Source: Escherichia phage EAWsc9
Sequence record: PQ341120.1
Length of the DNA: 64,000 nucleotides
Reading direction: 5' to 3' (one strand)
A program made the translations under genes and the position numbers. Position 1 is the stretch's first letter. Every line of letters starts with the position of its first letter. Below, in pieces: positions 1-9,675 of this stretch. The notes below the pieces were generated by a model, which saw only the letters and a list, made by a program, of their open reading frames with translations, was not told the origin of the DNA and did not search any database.

Positions 1-849
1 CTCGTACAGACCAACAACCTTTCGGTAATCGTCAATCTTCGATTTAATCAGGAATGATTCCTGCTTTAACTTTGTGAGTTCGTGCTCGGGGTCTTCTCCC
101 AAAATTATCTCGGTCAGTCTTGTTGTTGCTTCTTCGATAGTTGCCTTGATTCCACGTGCTTCTGTAGCAAGTTCATCATACATCGTTTGCAGTCGCAACA
201 GATTATCACCTGACAATTTTCTTTGACGGTCTTCGTTGTCCTGATAGATTTTAATCTGTTGAACGATACCATCATGCTGCACATCCATTACCTGGATTTG
301 GCTATTGACTTCGCGGATAAGAGATTTGTTCAGCTTATCCATATCGGCCAGTACAGAAACCTCTAAAAGGTCTTCGACAAGCTTTCTTCTGGCAGGAGTG
401 GATAGGCCCATAAAAGGGGTATATCCAGCTGTGCCGAGTACGACAATTTGTTTGAAACTGGCGTATGACATTCCGATAAGCTGTTCAAATTCCGCTTGGA
501 AGTCTTTACTGCTGGCAGATTCATCAAGACGTTTACCGCCACAAGAGATTTCAAAAACATTGGGTTTTTGCCCGCGTTTGATATAGTATTCTTTTCCATC
601 ATATTCCATCCACAATTCAACGAGCATATCTTTTTTGTTGCTCGAGTTAATCAACTGGCCTTTCTTTACATCACGGAAAGGCTTACCGAACATAGCAAAG
701 GTAACCGCTTCAAGGAACGTAGATTTACCCGCGCCATTCTTGCCGGTGACCAGAGTTTTCTGGACTTTATCCAGTTCAACAGTAATCGGTTTAGCACCAA
801 CCGACATAATATTTTTATAGATAACTTTCTTAAGCTTAAACGTTTTCAT
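1..849 (-). CDS. 46: gp46 recombination endonuclease subunit (Rad50/SbcC-like ATPase), N-terminal part; runs off window start
   Basis: ATG at 849 (revcomp of cat 847-849); translation begins MKTFKLKKVIYKNIMSVG and contains Walker A GKNGAGKST, matching T4 gp46 N-terminus from memory; lies directly downstream of gp47 as in T4. Confidence 0.85.
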   Translation of the reverse strand, partial: MKTFKLKKVIYKNIMSVGAKPITVELDKVQKTLVTGKNGAGKSTFLEAVTFAMFGKPFRDVKKGQLINSSNKKDMLVELWMEYDGKEYYIKRGQKPNVFEISCGGKRLDESASSKDFQAEFEQLIGMSYASFKQIVVLGTAGYTPFMGLSTPARRKLVEDLLEVSVLADMDKLNKSLIREVNSQIQVMDVQHDGIVQQIKIYQDNEDRQRKLSGDNLLRLQTMYDELATEARGIKATIEEATTRLTEIILGEDPEHELTKLKQESFLIKSKIDDYRKVVGLYE

Positions 850-1058
850 GTATTGTTCTCACGAATTGTTTGTTCAGCATATTCTAGCATTTCTTCGGAA
901 GAAGCAAACACGTCGTCAAGTTCCATGGCCCATGAAACACCTTCAGAATATTCAGAAGTGACATACATAGTTCCGGTATACCAAGAACCATCCACGTCCC
1001 ATTCTACATTACCGAACCAGCCATCGCCAATATGAAAATCATGTTTATACATTTTCAT
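846..1058 (-). CDS. hypothetical small protein between genes 47 and 46
   Basis: minus-strand ORF (track 846..1070, 74 aa); start uncertain (MKMYKH at 1058 preferred); W-rich, no recognisable motif. Confidence 0.3.
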   Translation of the reverse strand: MKMYKHDFHIGDGWFGNVEWDVDGSWYTGTMYVTSEYSEGVSWAMELDDVFASSEEMLEYAEQTIRENNT

Positions 1059-1308
1059 CATTATAAGCATCCTTGATGCATGATTCAGCCATATGAATTA
1101 ATGTTTCTGGAGTATCATCTACCATTACATTAAAGCTAAATTCCACAGCCCAATCGGTGACTACATAGACTTTGATAAGTTGACCGGTTTCCCGGTCAGT
1201 GATAGCTTCAAACCAATACTTAATAGTATTCGGTTGATTATCGTCGTCAACAACATCACATTCGCGGATATGCTCAAGTCCCGCTTCATTAAAATCATAA
1301 AGTCTCAC
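1045..1308 (-). CDS. hypothetical acidic protein
   Basis: 87-aa minus ORF; stop overlaps next ORF, start overlaps gp47 stop (coupled); no recognisable motif. Confidence 0.35.
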   Translation of the reverse strand: MRLYDFNEAGLEHIRECDVVDDDNQPNTIKYWFEAITDRETGQLIKVYVVTDWAVEFSFNVMVDDTPETLIHMAESCIKDAYNDENV

Positions 1309-2324
1309 GGTTGCACCTCAAGATATAATTTGTTGGCCAATGCTTTAAGAGCTTTTGATTCTTTCTCATTGGTGTCAGGTAATGCATCAATATATTCTGC
1401 CATCATATCAGTTAAGCGTTTTATGTCTAACTCTTCTTCGGAGTCAGTCGTATCAACACTGTTATCAACCTTATTGACAACACGCAATTCATGTACACGC
1501 TTTTCTAATTCAGATTCGAACTTGGTCAGGTCTTTATCGACTTTTTCTACAATAACACGGACTGATAAGTCTTTGAAGTCGTCGTAGTTAATAGTTTCGT
1601 TTGGATAAAAAATCTTCCGATGCCAGGTGGTTTCATTCGGAATAAATTTCATCTCTTCGGTTTCTGTATCAAATTCCCAGAATCCGCGCGGGTCATTCTC
1701 ATCACCTGCTGTTAATGTCCATGGTGTCCCTATGTACTTAACGTTCGCAGCTTCCGAAATGGTATGGAAGTGCCCAGACCAAACTTGCTTGTACTTCTTA
1801 AGGAAATCGGGCTCAAGTCCGTGGGATTTCAATCCTTTATAGAAATAAAACCCGGTTAATTCCCAGTGACCGATGCAATATTCGGCACCAGAAGTTTTGA
1901 TGTGTTGATGAATGTCAGTCGCGTTCTCGTCACACATCCATGGAATCATATCAATCTGACAACCGTCAAAATCAACAGTCGTTGGCTTGTCGTAGATTTT
2001 AACATGGTCATACTTATTCAGGAGTTCAGTGATAGCATTAGGATGAATCTTATTCTTCAGATTCATGTCATGGTTCCCGACTATCGTGTGCATAGTAATT
2101 CCTGCTTCACGAAGGAGTTCCATAATCTCGCGGCTGAATTCCATTGTCTTATGCGTTACGGCCTTACGGACGTCAAAAATATCACCATATTGAATCCAGA
2201 CTTTAATTCCATTCGCTTTGGAATATGCAATCGCCTGTAAAATACCATCACGTTGAATGTTTTGAGCCCATGGGTCGTCAGCTTTGACACCTAAGTGCCA
2301 ATCACCTAAATTTAAAATTTTCAT
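1305..2324 (-). CDS. 47: gp47 recombination endonuclease subunit (Mre11/SbcD-like phosphoesterase)
   Basis: internal ATG at 2324 gives 339 aa starting MKILNLGDWHLGVK; metallophosphoesterase motifs GDWHLG, GDIFD, GNHD; length and N-terminus match T4 gp47 from memory. Confidence 0.9.
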   Translation of the reverse strand: MKILNLGDWHLGVKADDPWAQNIQRDGILQAIAYSKANGIKVWIQYGDIFDVRKAVTHKTMEFSREIMELLREAGITMHTIVGNHDMNLKNKIHPNAITELLNKYDHVKIYDKPTTVDFDGCQIDMIPWMCDENATDIHQHIKTSGAEYCIGHWELTGFYFYKGLKSHGLEPDFLKKYKQVWSGHFHTISEAANVKYIGTPWTLTAGDENDPRGFWEFDTETEEMKFIPNETTWHRKIFYPNETINYDDFKDLSVRVIVEKVDKDLTKFESELEKRVHELRVVNKVDNSVDTTDSEEELDIKRLTDMMAEYIDALPDTNEKESKALKALANKLYLEVQP

Positions 2325-2850
2325 AAGCCAAGCGCCGTTATCGCAATGCAAAATAAAATTATTGAAATGAACCCGTCAGGAGTAGAAAAGAATCCTATCC
2401 AACAAGCTCGTGTGAATGTGTAGAATGCCATGAATAACACGACATATCCTAAAAATAATACCATATACTCTCCTCAGTTGGTTCATTTTATCATCCCGAA
2501 TATAAAGCAAAAAAGGAAGCACTAGGCTTCCTTTCCAATTAATACACCATACAGAGGTTCATGAGAAGACCTGAACTTGATAGGCTTATAGGTAATAGTA
2601 CCTTCATTTTCTGCTTTAATACGAGCGGCTTCAAATTGAAGTATCATCTCGTTTTTGTCAGATTTAATCTTATCAAAATCCGTCGAATTCGTCATTCATA
2701 TGACCTCTTAAAAATCAGGATGTTCGTCTTGAAATATATTACCCAATCGTTTTAATTCGTCGGAAGTAAGAATATCTACATCATCAATAGTCATAATACA
2801 CCTCTTAAACTTTTTCGTATTCGTCTTTCATTAGCCACCTGTCCATGTTA

Positions 2851-3051
2851 TCATCGCTGCCACCACTTCTTAAGTTGATGTGAATCTACCCAAACCTTGG
2901 CTACAGGCTCAATCCGAAAAATTTCATCGGAATACTGCCCAACCATTTTATATTCGGTTTCAGTCTGCTTGATACAGATATTACCATATGAGCGAAGTCT
3001 GAAAGCGGCTCCGACAAGAAGCCGTTTAAAAGGTTTATTTACTAATGCCAT
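2851..3051 (-). CDS. hypothetical protein
   Basis: 66-aa minus ORF with ATG at 3051. Confidence 0.3.
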   Translation of the reverse strand: MALVNKPFKRLLVGAAFRLRSYGNICIKQTETEYKMVGQYSDEIFRIEPVAKVWVDSHQLKKWWQR

Positions 3052-3346
3052 TTACGATTTCCCAAATTTGTTTGCGAGTAGTTTCCCACATCAACTTAAT
3101 CAGGTCTTCCGTAACTGGTTGGCGGTAAATTCCACGCAGTTTAACTAAAGCATATTTGTATGCTTCAAAATTGTTTTCCAGCACTGCCCCTTGAGCATGC
3201 TTATTCAGTCGTGCAATTTCACGAGCATTCTTTTTCAGAATCTTTGCCGCTTGACTCTGTGCTTCGAGTGCGTTCGCTTCTTCGAGACGTTCCTGTGCTT
3301 CTTCAATCTGCTTATCGGTCAGTTGAGAAATATCTGGAGCTTGCAT
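3035..3346 (-). CDS. hypothetical coiled-coil protein
   Basis: 103-aa minus ORF, charged helical composition. Confidence 0.35.
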   Translation of the reverse strand: MQAPDISQLTDKQIEEAQERLEEANALEAQSQAAKILKKNAREIARLNKHAQGAVLENNFEAYKYALVKLRGIYRQPVTEDLIKLMWETTRKQIWEIVNGISK

Positions 3347-3347
3347 A

Positions 3348-3581
3348 TTAATCCTTGGGAGTTAACTCAATTGTAAAATATAGATTAGCATTATCCACAT
3401 GATAACGGTAATCAACGTTATTATCCGGCGAAGTAAATTCCAGATTCCGGACGTTTAAAGGGTCGATATCAATTGGAAGACCTTTTATGTCTCGCAGATA
3501 AAGTTTAATGAAATATGGGAGCGCAGTAAAGTCTTCCTCGATTTTATCTAAAAAATCGGTAATATCAAATTGATGTTCCAT
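3348..3581 (-). CDS. hypothetical protein
   Basis: minus ORF (track 3348..3599); internal start [11 protein letters not shown] at 3581 reduces overlap with gene 55. Confidence 0.3.
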   Translation of the reverse strand: MEHQFDITDFLDKIEEDFTALPYFIKLYLRDIKGLPIDIDPLNVRNLEFTSPDNNVDYRYHVDNANLYFTIELTPKD

Positions 3582-4122
3582 ATAAAAAATCCAAATCACC
3601 TTCTTTATCTTTGGCGCTCTTATCAGACCCTGGCGCTTTAACTAAAGAGGATTCGTACTGTGTCATTTTGTCATAGATGTCCTGGATAAATGTTTCATCA
3701 GCCAGAGCCACCATATCGTCGTCTCGTGAATCATACACGTTATGAACGAAGTAGCTATATTTCTTTGCCATTTCTTTACGTTCTTTTTTGATACGCTGAA
3801 CGAAAGCATTGAAGCAAGCCATTGTTATGTAAGCATGTGGATTATCGTATTTTGTTTCGTCGAAGTTATGAAGACCTTTTATTGCGGCCTCAATTCCGTC
3901 TGCAATCATTTCTTGCTTCCAGGATTGGGTATATCCGGAGAAGTTGAAACGTTTGCTAAGACCTTCGGCTATAAGCATAATTGCCAGACCAATAACATCG
4001 TTCTGGCGAATAATTTTATTCGGGTCGGTGTTCGCATTCAGCTTCTGTTTCCACTCCGAAATAGCTTTCAGAAGCTCTTTATTATTTACATAGTTATTCT
4101 TGGTTAATTTAATTTCGTTCAT
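3565..4122 (-). CDS. 55: gp55 late-transcription sigma factor
   Basis: 185 aa; motif block [39 protein letters not shown] matches T4 gp55 from memory; same length as T4 gp55. Confidence 0.9.
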   Translation of the reverse strand: MNEIKLTKNNYVNNKELLKAISEWKQKLNANTDPNKIIRQNDVIGLAIMLIAEGLSKRFNFSGYTQSWKQEMIADGIEAAIKGLHNFDETKYDNPHAYITMACFNAFVQRIKKERKEMAKKYSYFVHNVYDSRDDDMVALADETFIQDIYDKMTQYESSLVKAPGSDKSAKDKEGDLDFLYGTSI

Positions 4123-4170
4123 ATCGCCTCGCTTAGTATATGAATATTATATCATCCTTAATACAAAGCA

Positions 4171-4437
4171 TTAGCGAAGTAAACAGTAAGCCTGAAAGAC
4201 CTTCTCCATAATTGCCTTAAATTCATGAATGTCAATATAAGGAATAACCTCGGCATCACTAATGAATTCCATCAGGCGGTCATGTTCGTTGCGGTATTGC
4301 CCTTCATTCAGCATACTGATATGGGACTCCCAAGAGCCATACCCTTCTGCGTGCGGGAAGAATGTTATTTTCATAAATTCATCCACCCAAAACGTTCCCA
4401 GGTCCTGGACGGATATCATTGTATGATTGATGTGCAT
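4171..4437 (-). CDS. hypothetical protein
   Basis: 88-aa minus ORF in the 55-nrdH small-gene block. Confidence 0.35.
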   Translation of the reverse strand: MHINHTMISVQDLGTFWVDEFMKITFFPHAEGYGSWESHISMLNEGQYRNEHDRLMEFISDAEVIPYIDIHEFKAIMEKVFQAYCLLR

Positions 4438-4703
4438 CAGTACACCATCTGAGCAGCTTCTAAAACATCGTCAAGCTTATCAAACTGGTCAACATAATCA
4501 ATCCCACCTACTTCATCTTTGGCATACAACCAATACTGATGGAATTCATATTCAATAATAAAGTGGTCACCTTCAATCTGGAGAACACCAACATCATTAA
4601 ATTGAACTGCATAACCCGCCAGACGTACATCATTCAGGAGTTCTTCTTTCATAGTAATCATTTCCAGGTTTTTCTCATAATGAGAGAGTTTAATTTTAAT
4701 CAT
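4437..4703 (-). CDS. hypothetical protein
   Basis: 88-aa minus ORF, translationally coupled to neighbours. Confidence 0.35.
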   Translation of the reverse strand: MIKIKLSHYEKNLEMITMKEELLNDVRLAGYAVQFNDVGVLQIEGDHFIIEYEFHQYWLYAKDEVGGIDYVDQFDKLDDVLEAAQMVY

Positions 4704-4944
4704 TTAAGTAGTCCAGGAATTCGTCTAATGTCATGCCTTCCGCCCAAGCTATTTTAGGGTCAGGCATTTTCATATAAGTGGTCTTAGAGCTTATAGGAAG
4801 TATCCTGAAATCATAATGACTTCCACGTAGCCTCTTAGCCTCTTTTATAATAGTTTCACTATTAACCATCATAGATGTACGTTGGAAACCAGATAAAGCT
4901 TTAAGGACGATTATGACTGATACACCTTCTGGTAAATTATTCAT
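4696..4944 (-). CDS. hypothetical protein
   Basis: 82-aa minus ORF. Confidence 0.35.
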   Translation of the reverse strand: MNNLPEGVSVIIVLKALSGFQRTSMMVNSETIIKEAKRLRGSHYDFRILPISSKTTYMKMPDPKIAWAEGMTLDEFLDYLND

Positions 4945-5267
4945 TTCGCACCCTTAACAATTTTCAGGTCAACAAAACCTTTCTTGCGCTGGGACTTCAT
5001 ACGCTTGATAGCTTTATCAGAAACTTCTTTGTTTTCGCGCAGAAGCGGCAGACCAAACGCTACTACATCAAATTCGTTCAGGATATACTGGACAAGGCTT
5101 TCACGAATACGCGCTTTACCCATTGTCTGACCTTCTGCAATAATCAGTTTCTGTACATCGCCTTCCCACTGGTCCAGAATCTCAGGGGTAACAAAACCAG
5201 ATTTCATCAGAGTGTTAACTTTAGCAAATGCGAAATTAGCGATGATGTTAGTGATAGATGCAGTCAT
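4941..5267 (-). CDS. hypothetical protein
   Basis: 108-aa minus ORF. Confidence 0.35.
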   Translation of the reverse strand: MTASITNIIANFAFAKVNTLMKSGFVTPEILDQWEGDVQKLIIAEGQTMGKARIRESLVQYILNEFDVVAFGLPLLRENKEVSDKAIKRMKSQRKKGFVDLKIVKGAK

Positions 5268-5339
5268 GATATATTCCTCAGTCTCATTAAATTAAAATTT
5301 TATTATCCTGGGGCCATTATACCATGACCCCGTTGATTT

Positions 5340-5537
5340 TTATTGCGCTTTAGCCGCTTTCCAGCCTTCATACATCATTGCGGCTGATATCAATATTGCT
5401 CCTGAGCAACTTGAATATTTGTGATTCCAAAACCAGTTCAGAAAAACTTCGTCATCAATACCTTGAGCTATCATATTTTCAAAGAACTGACGACGAGATT
5501 CAGCAATTCGCTGTGATAATTTAGATTCAGGATTCAT
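5340..5537 (-). CDS. hypothetical protein
   Basis: 65-aa minus ORF. Confidence 0.3.
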   Translation of the reverse strand: MNPESKLSQRIAESRRQFFENMIAQGIDDEVFLNWFWNHKYSSCSGAILISAAMMYEGWKAAKAQ

Positions 5538-5676
5538 TTAAATTTTCCAGTTACCGTTTTCATCAATAAATTTAATCCAGTCATTTACTGACCACTTAGT
5601 TGTATCGCCTTTTGGAGCAGAATTTAAAGCGTATAATCCTTGTTTAAAAAGCATTCGTTTGATATTCATGTTTTCC

Positions 5677-5970
5677 TCAGCTGTAACGATAGCACTCGTT
5701 TGATTTACGTTTTGCAACAAGATGAGAAGTATTATAATCCAAATCATCCTCAACGTATACATCTTTTTTCAACTGACGAACTTCTTTACGAAGCTGGCGA
5801 TTCATTTCATTCTTAACTTCAGAATCAACACCACGCATACGCTTCCATTTGTCTGAACGGAAGATATTTTCTTCAACTTGTTCCTGACTTACACCATCAG
5901 GTGCCTGACGGCGTCCTGAATAATAAAAATCTTTTACAGACAATTCTTTGCGACGAATAGTTTTACCCAT
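5677..5970 (-). CDS. hypothetical basic protein
   Basis: 97-aa minus ORF, Arg/Lys-rich. Confidence 0.35.
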   Translation of the reverse strand: MGKTIRRKELSVKDFYYSGRRQAPDGVSQEQVEENIFRSDKWKRMRGVDSEVKNEMNRQLRKEVRQLKKDVYVEDDLDYNTSHLVAKRKSNECYRYS

Positions 5971-5972
5971 AG

Positions 5973-6227
5973 TTACCTCAGCAGTTTGTATCCAATAAGA
6001 TTTTTAATGTACTGGATATCTTTGACATCCAAATCCAACTTAAGGTCTTTCAGACGGTCACCCAGGGTCAAAAAGGTTACATGTTTCCAATTCTTCACTG
6101 GGCAACAATAAGTCTTAGAACCATTTGCAATTTCAATATTCTTATCAGTGACGGTGATAAAAATCAGGCGCTCATCATCAAGATTAAGGGTGGCGACATT
6201 TTTCATTGAATGTAATTTCAGGCTCAT
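5973..6227 (-). CDS. hypothetical protein
   Basis: 84-aa minus ORF; ATG overlaps stop of upstream small ORF. Confidence 0.35.
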   Translation of the reverse strand: MSLKLHSMKNVATLNLDDERLIFITVTDKNIEIANGSKTYCCPVKNWKHVTFLTLGDRLKDLKLDLDVKDIQYIKNLIGYKLLR

Positions 6228-6400
6228 AATTTAATTTCCTTAGCTACTGAACAAAATACACCACGGTCACAAATCATTTTAATATTAAGGTCAATTATGG
6301 TATACCACACATCCAGACTAGATATTTCAGTTACTAGAACAGCTTTGCCGTTGATTGAATAATACTGGTTGACTTTAATTTCTTTATCTTGGATAGTCAT
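6224..6400 (-). CDS. hypothetical small protein (below the 60-aa ORF-track cutoff)
   Basis: hand-translated 58-aa ORF MTIQDKEIKVNQYY...; ATG at 6400 preceded by GAGGAAAACATA and an early promoter at 6432-6461. Confidence 0.3.
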   Translation of the reverse strand: MTIQDKEIKVNQYYSINGKAVLVTEISSLDVWYTIIDLNIKMICDRGVFCSVAKEIKL

Positions 6401-6431
6401 TATGTTTTCCTCATCATTAGTTGATGGGATA

Positions 6432-6461
6432 ATGATACACCGTTCAAAGGGGCTTGTACAC
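6432..6461 (-). promoter_or_regulatory. early sigma70-type promoter (-35 GTGTACA, 17-bp spacer, -10 TATCAT)
   Basis: revcomp of plus tgtacac (6455-6461) and atgata (6432-6437); -35 lies in the loop of a GGGG/CCCC hairpin downstream of nrdH. Confidence 0.45.
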
Positions 6462-6466
6462 CCCTT

Positions 6467-6784
6467 TTAATCTTCAATTAAGTCCTGGTCATACCCCAGG
6501 GATATCAGTTTTGTTTTAAAGGCAGGAATATTGGTCATTTTTTCATCATTGACAAAAATCACCGGGTAACGAATGTTAAGGGTAGGATATCCAGCACGCT
6601 TAGCCAGAGACACGATTAAAGGCCTGTCATAAGCGATTTCAGAGCCTTGTTTGTTAAGGACTGAATAGAATGTATAAGGAAGGTTTAAGGAGCCCAGAAG
6701 GCTCCTGACGTGCATACAACCAGGGCATCGACCGACTTCTTCGGGGATACCATAGATTTCAATCTTAGTCGAGTTTTGGCCCAC
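6467..6784 (-). CDS. nrdH: NrdH-like glutaredoxin
   Basis: 105 aa; CPGC redox motif near N-terminus; position between gene 55 and nrdG as in T4. Confidence 0.7.
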   Translation of the reverse strand: MGQNSTKIEIYGIPEEVGRCPGCMHVRSLLGSLNLPYTFYSVLNKQGSEIAYDRPLIVSLAKRAGYPTLNIRYPVIFVNDEKMTNIPAFKTKLISLGYDQDLIED

Positions 6785-7064
6785 AGGAAATCACTCCTTG
6801 GTAGTTCCAGGTTTTAATAACTTCTTCATCGCTGGTGGTTGCATACGGGACATAAACCTGAATAAGGAAACCTGTGTCATCGAAAGAGAAATAAACCGTC
6901 GGTTTGATTCCATGAATCTCAGATAGAGCATAGATATCTTTAAGGTCTTCTTCTTTATCAGCAAAGAATTTCGGGTCCAGGTCACAGTCGTGGAAGTACC
7001 ATTCATCACCGAACTTGTCCCACGCGGTCCAATTAGTAGCTACATATTCTTCAAAACGTTTCAT
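6765..7064 (-). CDS. hypothetical protein
   Basis: 99-aa minus ORF, acidic. Confidence 0.35.
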   Translation of the reverse strand: MKRFEEYVATNWTAWDKFGDEWYFHDCDLDPKFFADKEEDLKDIYALSEIHGIKPTVYFSFDDTGFLIQVYVPYATTSDEEVIKTWNYQGVISCGPKLD

Positions 7065-7300
7065 TCTTTCACCTTCATCATTTTAGTAATAACACTATGG
7101 ACAGCCTGGATTCGTTTGTCGAACTCAGACCCTTCGAGGCCCTTTTCAGTACTCAGGGCACCAATCATCACAAACAGCAATCCAAATGGGATAACCAGGA
7201 TTAAAAGGCACACAATAAACAGGACAAATGTAATATTGGCCAGGATATCAGAAACAGCATTACGAAATTTATTCATATTTACCCTTAATTGATTAACCAA
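7061..7300 (-). CDS. hypothetical small membrane protein
   Basis: 79 aa with a long hydrophobic stretch ITFVLFIVCLLILVIPFGLLFVMIGAL. Confidence 0.35.
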   Translation of the reverse strand: MVNQLRVNMNKFRNAVSDILANITFVLFIVCLLILVIPFGLLFVMIGALSTEKGLEGSEFDKRIQAVHSVITKMMKVKE

Positions 7301-7390
7301 GCATTGATAAGCACTAAACTATACTGCGAATAAAATTCTGGACCAAAATGAAAAATCATATCATTTATAGTATCCATAATATAATTAAAT

Positions 7391-7861
7391 TTAATCATGT
7401 TTCCACACCCCATCGGTATTTGACCAAAGTCGCTGATTATCTGACCCTCGCCACAGTTTTTTGGTCGGAAGATTTTTCTCATACTTCCCATCAATAATAA
7501 CATCAACATATTTAAGCATTTCTAGTTGTTTAATATCTTCAAACTTATATCCTGTCCACATCCAAATGCTTTTATTTGGATAAAGATTTTTAACAGTTTG
7601 AACCACAGAGTGAATAACATCTCGGTTATCAGGATAGAGAGGGTCTCCTCCAGTTATAGTTAATCCTTCTATATAATCATTATTCAAACATTCAATTAAT
7701 TGTTCTAGTGTTTCACCAGTGAATGGAACCCCATTTCTAGCATTCCATGTTGATTTATTATAACACCCTTCGCATTTATGCAAACAACCTGTGACGAAAA
7801 GAACGACCCTGCATCCAGGGCCATTAATAAAATCACAAGGATAAATTCTATCATAATTCAT
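7391..7861 (-). CDS. nrdG: NrdG anaerobic ribonucleotide reductase activating protein (radical SAM)
   Basis: 156 aa; Cys-rich N-terminal segment GCRVVLFVTGCLHKCEGCYN; immediately downstream of and coupled to nrdD. Confidence 0.9.
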   Translation of the reverse strand: MNYDRIYPCDFINGPGCRVVLFVTGCLHKCEGCYNKSTWNARNGVPFTGETLEQLIECLNNDYIEGLTITGGDPLYPDNRDVIHSVVQTVKNLYPNKSIWMWTGYKFEDIKQLEMLKYVDVIIDGKYEKNLPTKKLWRGSDNQRLWSNTDGVWKHD

Positions 7862-9675
7862 TGGTGTTTAACCCTATGCATGATTTCTTTATTTTTGCCG
7901 AGATTAAATCCGCGCTCGTTCGGATTTCCCAAATAACCACAAGTTCTTCTTATTGTGTTCATCTTTTTAGGGTCAGTTTCTCCACAAATAGAACAAACAA
8001 ATCCGTTTTCAGTAGGAGTCATTTCATGGGTACTTCCACACGTAAAACATTTATCTACTGGCATGTTAACACCAAAATAATCTAAATGTTGCGCAGCATA
8101 ATCCCATACAGCCTCAAGACCTTTTAAGTTATTTTTCATATCAGGAAGTTCAACATAAGAAATGTGACCACCTGTCGCAATGAAATGATATGGAGCTTCG
8201 CGGGAAATCTTTTCAAACGGGGTGATATTTTCTTCTACTGAAACATGGAAACTATTAGTGTACCAGCCTTTATCAGTAACATCCTTTACACTTCCATATT
8301 TTTCAGTATCAAGTTTACAGAAGCGATAACAAAGGTTTTCAGCAGGTGTAGAATACAAGCTAAAAGCAAAACCGGTTCTTTCAGTCCACTGCTTAAGACG
8401 AGCATTCATTTTAGTCAAAATTTCCTGTCCAATATCACGACCGACAAGAATATTCAATTCGTGAATACCAATGTATCCCAAAGACACTGAACTTCTACCG
8501 TTTTTAAATAACTCAATTATATCATCATCAGGTTTAAGACGAACCCCGAATGCACCTTCTTGGTAAAGAATAGGAGCAACAGTCGCTTTAACTCCTTTTA
8601 AGGAATTAATTCTACACATCAAAGCTTCAAAACACAAATCCATTCGCTCATTGAACAATTCGATAAATTTCTGTTCATTGAACTGTGTTCCAATATAAGA
8701 ATCTAACGCAATGCGAGGAAGATTCAGTGTTACAACGCCAAGATTATTACGTCCATCAAGAATTTCATTGCCAGTCGAATCTTTCCATAAGCTCAAGAAA
8801 CTACGGCAACCCATTGGAGAAACAGGAATAGATGAACCAGTGATAGCTTTATTATTCTTAACTGAAATAATATCAGGATACATCCTTTTGCTTGCACACT
8901 CTAGAGCAAGCTGCTTAATATCATAGTTCGGGTCGTCTTTATAAAGATTAACACCTTCTTCAACGAACATAACAAGTTTAGGGAAAATAGGAGTTATCCC
9001 ATCACGGCCAAGACCTTTGATACGATTTTTCAGAATTGCTTTCTGAATCATTCGTTCAGTCCAGTCAGTTCCCGTACCAAATGTAATGGTTACAAAAGGC
9101 GTTTGTCCGTTTGAACTAAAGAGAGTATTTACTTCATATTCATAAGCTTGGAATGCATCGTATACGTCTTTTTCTGTTTTAGATTGGGCGTAATTCAATG
9201 CATCAGTGATTTGCCATTTTTCTGCATCTTCAATATGTTTTGCGTATGTACGTTTAACATAAGGAGAAAATACTTTGTCTACATTAGCAAAAGTCGTTCC
9301 ACCATATTGGTGAGAAGCAACCTGTGCAGTAATTTGTGCCATAATTGCAGTAGCAACACCAATTGATTTAGGAGTTTCAATCTGTGCGTTACCAAGCTTA
9401 AATCCGTTCTCAAGCATTCCTTTTAAATCTACTAAACAGCAATTAGTAAATGGAAGAGCAGGGGAATAATCAATATCATGGAAATGAATAATTCCACTTT
9501 CATGTGCTTTCATAATAAAAGACGCAACCATATTTTTGGCAATGTGTTTAGATACAATACCAGCCATAAGGTCCCGTTGAGTTGGAAAAACACGAGAATC
9601 TTTATTAGCATTCTCGTTTAAAAGGTCTTTATTAGTTTTATGAATCAATCCTTCAATTTCGTTTTCAATTGTCAT
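7858..9675 (-). CDS. nrdD: NrdD anaerobic ribonucleoside-triphosphate reductase (class III)
   Basis: 605 aa; C-terminal glycyl-radical motif RTCGYLG and Zn-site cysteines CFTCG...CSICG; uninterrupted reading frame. Confidence 0.92.
   Translation of the reverse strand: MTIENEIEGLIHKTNKDLLNENANKDSRVFPTQRDLMAGIVSKHIAKNMVASFIMKAHESGIIHFHDIDYSPALPFTNCCLVDLKGMLENGFKLGNAQIETPKSIGVATAIMAQITAQVASHQYGGTTFANVDKVFSPYVKRTYAKHIEDAEKWQITDALNYAQSKTEKDVYDAFQAYEYEVNTLFSSNGQTPFVTITFGTGTDWTERMIQKAILKNRIKGLGRDGITPIFPKLVMFVEEGVNLYKDDPNYDIKQLALECASKRMYPDIISVKNNKAITGSSIPVSPMGCRSFLSLWKDSTGNEILDGRNNLGVVTLNLPRIALDSYIGTQFNEQKFIELFNERMDLCFEALMCRINSLKGVKATVAPILYQEGAFGVRLKPDDDIIELFKNGRSSVSLGYIGIHELNILVGRDIGQEILTKMNARLKQWTERTGFAFSLYSTPAENLCYRFCKLDTEKYGSVKDVTDKGWYTNSFHVSVEENITPFEKISREAPYHFIATGGHISYVELPDMKNNLKGLEAVWDYAAQHLDYFGVNMPVDKCFTCGSTHEMTPTENGFVCSICGETDPKKMNTIRRTCGYLGNPNERGFNLGKNKEIMHRVKHQ

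Noticed and set aside
496-1587. Plus-strand ORFs 496..1035, 635..820 and 1180..1587 from the six-frame track
   Set aside because: They lie antisense to gp46 and gp47, whose identity is well supported; they lack ribosome-binding sites and look like shadow frames.
7858-9675. Intron or homing endonuclease in nrdD, as in T4
   Set aside because: nrdD reads as one uninterrupted 605-aa frame with the glycyl-radical motif intact; no inserted ORF or intron-like gap.
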